Source of the DNA: Candidatus Saccharimonadota bacterium
GTDB taxonomy: Archaea > Nanohalarchaeota > Nanosalinia > Nanosalinales > Nanosalinaceae
NCBI RefSeq assembly: GCF_047555085.1
Contig: NZ_CP180230.1
Coordinates: 960,001 to 992,000, forward strand
Direction of reading: 5' to 3'
Length of the DNA: 32,000 nucleotides
Both the position numbers and the translations under genes were made by a program. The notes beneath the pieces are model-generated. The model saw nothing but the letters and a program-made list of their open reading frames with translations. It did no database searches and was not told the origin of the DNA. Positions 7,561 through 16,100 of this stretch are shown here, one piece after another (position 1 is the first letter of the stretch; every line of letters begins with the position of its first letter).

Positions 7561-10386
7561 GTGAAGAAACATCTCCTGACCTTGCTCCTCTTAGTAGGTT
7601 TGACAGGTTCTGCCGCAGGATTGGGAAAGGTAGACTGTGGAAACGGCGATTCCAGCATAAGTTTCAGCAACATCCCTGACAATATACTTGTTGATGAGTA
7701 CGGAGGAGACCTCAACACAGGCGAAGACATCTACATCAAGCCATTCGACATCAACAATAGACACACCAACGTATACATCGATATACATCTTTTGAAGGAT
7801 AAACATGATGTTTGTACAAGCGAAGAAGTTCCTTTCTGGGGCAATGACAAGGAAAACGGTGTCGTTGACCCTCATAAATTCTATGAGATAGACAGGAATG
7901 ATCTCTGGCCTTCTTCAGCATATATAGAGGATTACCAGGGAGAGCCTTGGAAGTCAGATAAAGGTGAGGCTCCTGTTCCGGGAACATACAAGGTAGTCGC
8001 CAAGTACACAAAAAATCCTTCTCCGATAGACACTATAGACAAGTGGAAGACAGCTTACCTCGGGAAAGTTGAAGTTAAAAGCGAAGGCGCCAGTGAAGTT
8101 GAGACAGGATATCATTACTGCGGGCGGGGCAATCCAAGAGACTATGATGAAGTGCAGATATTTGATGAACAGAGGCCTCTGTTGACAGATCTTGATGGAA
8201 ATCAGCTGAATGTTGGAGACTACGTAAGAGTAAACGGATACAAGATTCAGGGAGCTATGGGGAAGACCTACATGTCTCTACTACCTATAGATAACCACCC
8301 ATGTGACTTCGGAGGCTTCGAACTGATAGATTATTACATAGACGGCCAGGGAGGCACCGTTGACTGGACCGAGGGCTGGGAGGCAGACGTAGATTCCGAC
8401 ACAAAGGCCTCCCAGGCAGGAGAATTCCGTGTAGTATTACGTTACAGTGCAGGAAACGTCGATCCTGGCGAAGTCCTTGGTACATGGAAGACGTGGTACC
8501 TGGGAGATGTAGAGGTGAAGCCGGACAACGAACCACCTAAAGCTGATTTTGAGACCAACAAGGAATACGCCGGCGTTAACGTACCCATTACTTTTGACTC
8601 AAAACCATCAAGCGACGATAAAGGCATTGAAAAATACAGATGGGATCTTGATGGAGATGGCAGCTACGATGAAGGAAACAGGGAAAAAATTGAGACAGAA
8701 TTCCAGACTGCCGGAGTCAAGACAGTAGGCCTGAAAGTCACAGACACCAATGGAGCTACAGACACTGTTAAGAAAAATATAGAGATATTTGAACTTCCTG
8801 AAGGAGAAGTGCAGGCCTCTGAAGAAATCATATCTCTTGGAAATGAAGTTAACTTCCAGTACAATGTTGGAGAAGGACAGTACAATCTGAATGTAAAAAT
8901 TGGCGGAGAAACTGTAAAGAACAAATACATAGAGACATCTGGAGAAGAGAGCGGATATATCTCATATCTTCCGGAAGAATCAGGAAGTATCGAGGCAGAA
9001 TTAGTGGTAAAACCAGAATGGTGGAATCTCCTCGAAAGCGAAGAAACTATCGACACAGCATCGACAAGTATTGAAGAGGCCTTTAACGAAGTTTCGATAA
9101 ATACAGAGCAGGGAAATGGCTACTACAGCTTCCAAACTGATGCGGACTCCAGAAACACGATTACAAGCATACAATGGGACTTGAATAACGATGGAAGTTA
9201 CGAAAAAGAGGGCAGAAGCATCCAGAATAGTTTCCTGACTCCTGGAAGCAAAGAGATAAGGCTGAAAGTTACAGATAATCTTGGAAACACAAAAACAGTG
9301 TCTGAAAATATAGAAATACGTGAAAACGGCGTACTATCAATCATAGAGAGATGTAGCATTGATAAGGACGACGAAAAAGTTGAACTGGAGGCCGATATAG
9401 CAGATTCCAGTGATATAGAGGCCTCAGTGAATATTTCCTGGCTTATTGACGATGAACAGGCCTCAAGGAAACTCAGCGAACTTGGCAAGTATCTAGAGGG
9501 GTCTACCAGTGTAGAAGATCTTGAGGCAGGTGATCACGAAGTTAGCGCAGTTGCAGAGCTGGATGGTCGTATCCTGGATACTCAAAGTTGTGGAGTATTC
9601 AATATAGAGCCTCTTCCTGAGGTAAATCCTTCTATAGAGCTTTATCCCTCTGATCCTGAAGTTCAGGAAACTGTAGATTTTGTGGCAACGCCCGATACAG
9701 AGTTTAGCTATGAATGGGATCTTAACGGAGATGGAGAGTATGGTAGAAATGGTAGAGAGGTAATAGAGCAGTACGAGGTTCCTGGAGAAAAATCTGTACG
9801 TGTCAGAGTTATTACAGAGGGAACTGTTATTGGAGAGGCCTCCAGAAGTTTCACAGTTCAGCAGCCAGAGGTTTCTTCAAGTCTTGATGTTGCGAAAGAT
9901 GAAGTAGCGCAAGGTGAGATGGTTCAGATAAGTTACAGTGTTGGAGAAGGGATTGTTGAGAACGGATTCAGGATTGTTATTGAGGATCCTTCAGGTGAAA
10001 AAATTAGAGATAGTTCAATGAATACTGCAAGCGGCACAGTTTCGTTCACACCAGAAAGTTCCTCGCCTACAGGAGAATACGAGGTAAGACTGGTCGCCGA
10101 GGAAGGATTCCTTGATGCGATACTGACCTCGATCTTCGGTCCCGAAGACGTCGAAAGTTTTGAAGTACTTGATGCCTCTGAAGAGTTGGACGTATGGAGA
10201 TCCTACTGTCAAGATAACGGATTTGAACAAAGTTCTGCCTCCGGAAGAGTCTCCTGTATACAGGATCAAATAGGCCCTAAATGTTTCAGGGAAGATCCTG
10301 GAGAAGAATGTATCGAAATAGCCGACAGCGTCTGCAAATACTACAGAGGAACAGAATTTAACGCAGAAGAAGGGAGGTGCAACTGA
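7561..10386 (+). CDS. secreted PKD-repeat surface protein with Cys-rich C-terminus, 941 aa
   Basis: It has a signal peptide MKKHLLTLLLLVGLTGSAAG and two N-terminal repeats ending WKT(A/W)YLG(K/D)VEVK. There are three PKD domains (WDLDGDGSYDEG...LKVTDTNG, WDLNNDGSYEKEG...LKVTDNLG, WDLNGDGEYGRNG) and six Cys in the last 60 aa. Confidence 0.85.
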   Translation: MKKHLLTLLLLVGLTGSAAGLGKVDCGNGDSSISFSNIPDNILVDEYGGDLNTGEDIYIKPFDINNRHTNVYIDIHLLKDKHDVCTSEEVPFWGNDKENGVVDPHKFYEIDRNDLWPSSAYIEDYQGEPWKSDKGEAPVPGTYKVVAKYTKNPSPIDTIDKWKTAYLGKVEVKSEGASEVETGYHYCGRGNPRDYDEVQIFDEQRPLLTDLDGNQLNVGDYVRVNGYKIQGAMGKTYMSLLPIDNHPCDFGGFELIDYYIDGQGGTVDWTEGWEADVDSDTKASQAGEFRVVLRYSAGNVDPGEVLGTWKTWYLGDVEVKPDNEPPKADFETNKEYAGVNVPITFDSKPSSDDKGIEKYRWDLDGDGSYDEGNREKIETEFQTAGVKTVGLKVTDTNGATDTVKKNIEIFELPEGEVQASEEIISLGNEVNFQYNVGEGQYNLNVKIGGETVKNKYIETSGEESGYISYLPEESGSIEAELVVKPEWWNLLESEETIDTASTSIEEAFNEVSINTEQGNGYYSFQTDADSRNTITSIQWDLNNDGSYEKEGRSIQNSFLTPGSKEIRLKVTDNLGNTKTVSENIEIRENGVLSIIERCSIDKDDEKVELEADIADSSDIEASVNISWLIDDEQASRKLSELGKYLEGSTSVEDLEAGDHEVSAVAELDGRILDTQSCGVFNIEPLPEVNPSIELYPSDPEVQETVDFVATPDTEFSYEWDLNGDGEYGRNGREVIEQYEVPGEKSVRVRVITEGTVIGEASRSFTVQQPEVSSSLDVAKDEVAQGEMVQISYSVGEGIVENGFRIVIEDPSGEKIRDSSMNTASGTVSFTPESSSPTGEYEVRLVAEEGFLDAILTSIFGPEDVESFEVLDASEELDVWRSYCQDNGFEQSSASGRVSCIQDQIGPKCFREDPGEECIEIADSVCKYYRGTEFNAEEGRCN
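8536..8795 (+). other. PKD domain 1
   Basis: PITFDSKPSSDDKGIEKYRWDLDGDGSYDEG...GVKTVGLKVTDTNGATDTVKKNIEI. Confidence 0.7.
9090..9320 (+). other. PKD domain 2
   Basis: YSFQTDADSRNTITSIQWDLNNDGSYEKEG...GSKEIRLKVTDNLGNTKTVSENIEI. Confidence 0.7.
9630..9860 (+). other. PKD domain 3
   Basis: VDFVATPDTEFSYEWDLNGDGEYGRNG...GEKSVRVRVITEG. Confidence 0.65.
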
Positions 10387-10661
10387 TGGAAAAAACTCTT
10401 GTACTTGTCATAGCTTCAGCAGTAATAACTATGACAGCTTTAATCATTATACCAAGCTTTACAGAGACTCTTGAAAATACAGGAGAGACAAAAGACCAGT
10501 TACAGAAAAATACTGCATGTGAAGTACAGACAAGAGAGGCTCAAAGATCTGATAACCCCTCAATGGTTGAAGATCGCTGTCTAGATTACATCGACGATGC
10601 AGGATTTAAAGCAGAAGCAGAAAGCGCCGAAGTTTCCTGCATACTTTCAGGAAACTGCTGA
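10386..10661 (+). CDS. small N-terminally anchored or secreted Cys-containing protein, 91 aa
   Basis: ATG 10386 overlaps the TGA of the PKD gene (TGATG). It has a hydrophobic N-terminus MEKTLVLVIASAVITMTALIIIPSF followed by an acidic domain with 4 Cys. Confidence 0.5.
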   Translation: MEKTLVLVIASAVITMTALIIIPSFTETLENTGETKDQLQKNTACEVQTREAQRSDNPSMVEDRCLDYIDDAGFKAEAESAEVSCILSGNC

Positions 10662-11402
10662 TCATACCAGCACTAACTGTCTCAGATAAGGAATAGCGTA
10701 CATTACAGCCACTCCTAGCGAAAACATAGCTAGATGCAGGCCTATTCCTTCATCCTCTTTGAAACGTGGAAGAAGATCCGCCCCAGCTATATAGACAAAA
10801 TTGCCGATTACCAGAGGAAGTAAGAACGTATTTATTCCTGCTACTGCTGTTGAAAGGCCTAGTACCAGTCCAGCACCCATAAACATGAATACACTTATTC
10901 CTATGTTGAACAGTACTGCTTTATTTCTGGAAAAACCGCTATGAACAAGTACTCCAAAGTCTCCGGCCTCTTTTGGAACTTTGTGAGCTATAACTGCGAT
11001 TGTTGCTGCAAGGCCTGCCGGAACTCCTGCCAGGAAGCTAGATGCAACAAGTATACCATCCAGAATGTTATGAACTGCGTCTCCAGCCACCAGTACGTAT
11101 GAAAAGGCCTCTATGTGGTGATCTTGATTGTGGCAGTGCCAGTGGACAGCTCTTTCAAGTATTAGAGATCCTGCCATCCCCAGTAGTACGATGAGGCCTG
11201 TCTGTCTGGTGTATCCGATATTGTTGGCAAGTTTGAACACCAGGTGTATGAATACGCCCCCAAATATTGTTCCTGCGGATAGGGAGATAAGATAAGGTGT
11301 TAATTTGTGCATTCTTTCTTCGCTGAGGCCTAGAAACAGTGCTCCGAGGCCGGAAAGCACAGATGTGAGGATCAAGCTGCCCAAAAGTAGTCCGGATTCC
11401 AT
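10662..11402 (-). CDS. ZIP-family divalent metal transporter
   Basis: A multi-TM protein with HWHCHNQDHH and the ZIP signature HKVPKEAGDFGVLVHSG. I prefer ATG 11402 (MESGLLL...) over the track's TTG 11411. Confidence 0.85.
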   Translation of the reverse strand: MESGLLLGSLILTSVLSGLGALFLGLSEERMHKLTPYLISLSAGTIFGGVFIHLVFKLANNIGYTRQTGLIVLLGMAGSLILERAVHWHCHNQDHHIEAFSYVLVAGDAVHNILDGILVASSFLAGVPAGLAATIAVIAHKVPKEAGDFGVLVHSGFSRNKAVLFNIGISVFMFMGAGLVLGLSTAVAGINTFLLPLVIGNFVYIAGADLLPRFKEDEGIGLHLAMFSLGVAVMYAIPYLRQLVLV

Positions 11403-11458
11403 AACTAACAAGTTTTTATTAAGTTTTTAAACTATGCTATTAATCTGTAGTTATGGAA
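11397..11458. promoter_or_regulatory. divergent control region between the ZIP transporter and the NikR-like regulator
   Basis: An 11-bp perfect inverted repeat TAGTTATGGAA (11397-11407 reverse, 11448-11458 forward) includes both ATG codons. Two direct AAGTTTTTA TATA-like boxes lie at 11410-11418 and 11421-11429. Confidence 0.4.
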
Positions 11459-11839
11459 ATAATAAGTCTTTCAGTAGATGACGAGACCCTGAAAAAAATA
11501 GAGGAAATACAGAGTTCATCTAATTTTAATGGACGTAGTGAGCTTTTCCGGAAGGCTATAGAGGGCCTGCATCAGGAGATGAATGAACGGAAGAAACTGG
11601 AAGGAAATCTTAACGCCGTTATAATAACACGGCACCCGCACAAAAACGAGAACAACATCTCCGAGATATCCCACAGCTTTGACAACATAATCACGACCCA
11701 GTTACACAGCAAGCTTGACAACGACAAATGTCTCGAGGTCTTCCATACGGACGGATCTGCCGAGGAAGTTATAGAGTTCTACAACGCTCTTGAAGGAAGC
11801 AAGCACACCGAGTCAGTGAACATACTTCCACAGAACTAA
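11453..11839 (+). CDS. nikR: NikR-family ribbon-helix-helix metal-responsive regulator
   Basis: It has an N-terminal RHH (ISLSVDDETLKKIEEI...GRSELFRKAIEGL) and a C-terminal ACT-like domain with HPH and LHSKLDNDKCLEV (compare E. coli LHVHINHDDCLE). The 128-aa size is typical and it is divergent from a metal transporter. Confidence 0.7.
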   Translation: MEIISLSVDDETLKKIEEIQSSSNFNGRSELFRKAIEGLHQEMNERKKLEGNLNAVIITRHPHKNENNISEISHSFDNIITTQLHSKLDNDKCLEVFHTDGSAEEVIEFYNALEGSKHTESVNILPQN

Positions 11840-11866
11840 TAATCTTCTCGCCAAAAAGTTGCACAG

Positions 11867-12556
11867 ATGGACCACGACAGGATAAAAGAGTCAATAAACA
11901 TCAGAAACTTACTTATCCTCGCAACTCTAGCCGCAGGCCTCTACGGAATCACAGTATTCACAGTAGGCCAGCTTGACATACTTTTTGATCCAGAGAAACT
12001 GGCACAGATACTTGGGCCTCTAGGCCCTCCGGGAATAATAGCAGGCCAGATAGCGCAGGTGCTTCTTGCACCTATCCCTCCAGTCACAGCTGTTGTAAGC
12101 GGCCTGCTGTATGGGCCATGGCTTGGAGCATTTTACAGCATCATAGGAGCCTCTACAGGAAGTGTAATAGCTGTTTTTCTTTCAAGGAAGTACGGGAGGC
12201 CTGTTGTAGAAAAGTTCGTCAGCGATCAGGCGATGGAAAAGTTCGATGAATATACCCAGAAAACTGGATACCTGCCGTTTATTATCCTTTTTGTACTTCC
12301 AGGGTTTCCTGATGACGCTCTGTGCTTCATAGCAGGACTTACGAATCTTGACTGGAAAATACTTGCCTTTATAGGATCTGTAGGCCGGCTCCCCGGAATC
12401 CTTATGCTTACTACTACAGGCCACTCCGTAGCAGAGGCCAATCTGGTTCTTTTCGCAGTAGTATCTTCTGCTGTAGTATCTATAAGCTTATTCTCTGTCA
12501 GGTATAGAAGAGAGATAGAATCCTGGATTGATGGAAGGATCGGCTGGACAGGATAA
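11867..12556 (+). CDS. TVP38/TMEM64 (DedA-related) family membrane protein
   Basis: A multi-TM protein with the PGFPDDALCFIAGLT motif typical of the family. Confidence 0.8.
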   Translation: MDHDRIKESINIRNLLILATLAAGLYGITVFTVGQLDILFDPEKLAQILGPLGPPGIIAGQIAQVLLAPIPPVTAVVSGLLYGPWLGAFYSIIGASTGSVIAVFLSRKYGRPVVEKFVSDQAMEKFDEYTQKTGYLPFIILFVLPGFPDDALCFIAGLTNLDWKILAFIGSVGRLPGILMLTTTGHSVAEANLVLFAVVSSAVVSISLFSVRYRREIESWIDGRIGWTG

Positions 12557-12587
12557 ACTTGTAAAGAAACAGTGGGAAAAATAATGC

Positions 12588-12965
12588 ATGAAGCTTGCTC
12601 ACACGATGCTCAGAGTCTCAGATCCTGAAAAAGTGATAGATTTCTACAAAGAGGCCTTTGAAATGGAGCTGAAAAGGGAAAAGGAGATGGAAACATTCAC
12701 ACTGTATTTCCTCGGACATCCCGGACAGACAGCGGAGATAGAACTGACATACAACCATGGAGAAGACGATAGATACGAGAAAGGAGCAGGATTTGGACAC
12801 ATAGCTATTCATACGCCAGAAGACATGAGTCTTGAAGAGGCCTATGAAAAAGCTGTAGAAGCCGGAGGAGAGGATTATCGTCCGCCGGAAGAATGTCCGG
12901 GAGACTATGCTTTCGTGAAGGATCCTGAAGGATACGAAGTTGAGATCCTGGCAAGATCAGATTAA
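12588..12965 (+). CDS. gloA: glyoxalase I / VOC-family lactoylglutathione lyase
   Basis: LAHTMLRVSD...FY...ELTYNHG...GFGHIAI...AFVKDPEGYEVEIL places the H/E/H/E metal ligands as in GloA. Confidence 0.8.
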   Translation: MKLAHTMLRVSDPEKVIDFYKEAFEMELKREKEMETFTLYFLGHPGQTAEIELTYNHGEDDRYEKGAGFGHIAIHTPEDMSLEEAYEKAVEAGGEDYRPPEECPGDYAFVKDPEGYEVEILARSD

Positions 12966-12977
12966 GCACTGGAAAGC

Positions 12978-12999
12978 GGTGGAGAATACGGTTTCCACC
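12978..12999 (+). terminator. hairpin downstream of gloA
   Basis: GGTGGA (12978-12983) pairs with TCCACC (12994-12999) around a 10-nt loop. The stem is weak and no strong T-run follows. Confidence 0.2.
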
Positions 13000-13033
13000 C
13001 AACATACTTCAAATAGGAGAACAGAATAATTAC

Positions 13034-13135
13034 GTGGGCAAGAGAATGAAGAACAAGAAACTCGGAGCTTTTCTGATAGGCCTGTTTGTCACATCCCTAA
13101 TGGTGTTCACAGGCACAAGCGCAAGCCTTCAGGCC
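13034..13135 (+). other. Sec-type signal peptide of the giant protein
   Basis: MGKRMKNKKLGAFLIGLFVTSLMVFTGTSASLQA|SD has a basic n-region, a hydrophobic core and an A-x-A-like site. Confidence 0.7.
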
Positions 13136-16100
13136 TCAGATATCTGCGACGCCGAGTCCGGAGACACATGCACCATCTCAAGTTCTTATGCTCTGAACGG
13201 AGATACTCTGAATTATTCAGGAACAGTGAACTTTGAGTCAGGTGCCAGCTTGACAGGTGGAGGAGATATCTACGCCGATGAATTTACAGGCCTTAACAAT
13301 CTGGATCTGGAAAACGGTGACACCGGAAATTTTTACCTATGTGAAAGGACGGGCGGTGTCACATGCAGGCCCGAATCAGATTCAGGCGTCTCACTGGACA
13401 CAAGTTACGAACTTGACTCAAGTAGATTCCTTTTCAGACAGATCAACGACAACTGGAGTTCTGGATACGTGAACTGGACGGATGATTTATCCCGTACTTC
13501 TGATCTCAACAGCAGCTTCAGCGACATGGAAGTAAATTATACTGTTTCCGGACTGACAGAGAATCTTGATTTCAAAATTTTCCAGGAAGGATCCCAGCTT
13601 ACAACTCAGGACTCTGGAATAAATTTCTCACATATAATAAATAGAAGTTTCACTGATGGGACAAGTAGTGGACTGACTACCGGAAACAGTCTGCGTCTAA
13701 AGGCTTCTTCTACTAGTGTGGCAGATATTGCGAGTAATCATAACGGGGACGAAACCAGTAGCCCAAATAATTACCCTTTCCGAAACAGATTCTCCCCAAC
13801 AAACACCGCTTACATCAATGGAGTTTGGTTGGCATCCGGGTACGAGACTGATATGAGTTACAATATTACAAATATTGACACAGGTAGAAAAGTCGTATCT
13901 GGAACGCACTTCCATAGTGGTGGTTTCCCAACTACAGATCAGATAAGCTATGACTTCCAGTTGTCCGAGTTTGAGACAGTGAAACTTAACTCCAGTGACA
14001 CATACGAGGTTGCATGGAGTGCTGATGATAGTCAGGGCTACTATGGAGGCAGCATACCATATACAGATTCAGGTATAGAATGGACATATTCTAATAGAGA
14101 AGCACAAGACGGGAACGCATGGAACGTAGGAGTAAATATTATAGATGGTTATCAAAGTTCAGGAGCTTACACTTCTCAGCCTCTAGATGCTGGCGAAAAG
14201 ATAGACTGGAATAGTTCCTATGTAGATATCTCTGAACCTGAATCAACCAGTATAAACACCTCATTTGCAGAAAATACGAGCAATAGCGGCACCTGGACAT
14301 ACTATGATTCAATAAAAAATGTGCCAGACTCACGCTACATAAAATACAAAATAGAGATGAGTACAGAGGATAGTTCGATAACACCAGTAGTAGATTCTAT
14401 CGATATATCCTTTAATCCTAACGGTCAGGATGGGGTTATTGAAGTTTCCCAGAACATAACTGGAGAGAACAAATTCGAAGTACTGGAGACTACTCCCCCA
14501 TCATATACTTCTCAGACACAGGGGAAAAATATTGTAGGAGCGCAAAACTACAATACTCTATCCTCTACGATTCAGGATTCAGGATCAGGCCTCAGGAAGG
14601 CAGTTCTTGCCACGAATGAAACCGGCTCTATGGAGAACAAGACGTCTTACACACAGAATTTTAACGGAGAGTTTTCGGAACAGACCGCAAGCTTTGACTG
14701 GAAAAACAGTTCTTTCCAGGGAGATTTCGCAGAGATTGAATGGCAGATCTGGTTCAGTGATATCGCAGGGAACTGGCAGAAAACCAGTGTGAAACAGTTT
14801 AAGGTAGATGGTATACCGCCGGAGATCTCAAATCTTGACTATCAGAATACTGTGGACGTGGATGAGGGATCCACCCAGATAACTTTTGATGTCACCGAAT
14901 CTGAGACAGATCTGAACTCAGTCATCATAAGAGAAAATTCTACAGGAGGCCTTGAAAATACAACATTGACTAGTCCTTACAGCTATACTCTCTCGACGAA
15001 TACTCCTTCGGAAGTAGATTTCACTGTATTCGCTGAGGATACAAAGGAAAACGTTGAACAGTCTTCAGGCACTGTAAGCTTCCAGAACATCAGTATAACC
15101 AAGTCATTGAACGCATCTGTAGTTAATTCCAGTGAGGCCTTTGAGATATCAGGATCTGCAGTGTTGAGGCCTTACGGGACGGCTTTAACTTCTGATCTGG
15201 ATTTATGGGCAGATATCGAGGGATGGACGAATCTTGGATCTATATCGCCTGTTGATGGAGCTTTTTCAAGAGTTGAAACTATCAAAAAACCAGGAACGCA
15301 TGAAATAAAATTAAATACAACACAGAACGGAATATACGGAGTTAGTGAAGGATCTATAGATGTTCTTCTGGATATAAACACTGTTTCAACAGTTTTTGAC
15401 TCTACAGGAAACTCTCATGTGGATATCGATACTTCAAACAAGAATCTGAATCTTTCAGCGAATATTTCAAGGCCTGTAGATGGCAGCGTTCAGACAGTGA
15501 TAGCAAATGTTTCGATGCCTGATGGAACATACAGAGAATTTGAACTCGGGACGAACGAGGGACATACATGGTACAGAGAAATCGATACAGATCAGGAGTT
15601 TGGAAGTCTGCAGGGCGAGTACAGTGTAACTTTCAGTGCTGAGACGACTGAAGGCCTTGGAAGTAATCTCCCTGCGAAAAGTTTCTATATTGAAAATATT
15701 ACTGTTGATTCAGAGCTCAGTGACAGCGTTGTCAGTATCGGGGAGGATTCTGAGATATCTGGAAATGTTATTTTGAGGCCTTACGGCGAAAGACTCGATG
15801 GTGGATCTGTAGAGGCCTCTAAAGGTTCTTTCTCCAGCGATTTCCCTGTGAACGGTACAGGGTACTACTCTGGTAGCGTGTTCTTTGATGAGCCAGGTAA
15901 CAAGACTGTTAATCTACAGTACGTGGATGAGAATGGTATTAAAGGCGTTAATTCTACGGAGATATCTGTTCTTAATCTTTCTGCCAGAATTACTGATGTC
16001 AGCACTGATAACGGCAATCTAAAGGTTTTCAGAGATTCTGATTCCGAGCCCGATGTAAGTTTCACAGATAACGTATCAGCTGACACGGAAAATCCTATGC

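Noticed and set aside
7561-10386. PKD protein, or the giant protein, as the S-layer protein.
   Set aside because: Neither shows a recognisable S-layer lattice domain, PGF-CTERM or a typical C-terminal anchor. The PKD protein has no TM, and the giant protein's anchor is followed by an ATPase. I call them surface or adhesin-like only.
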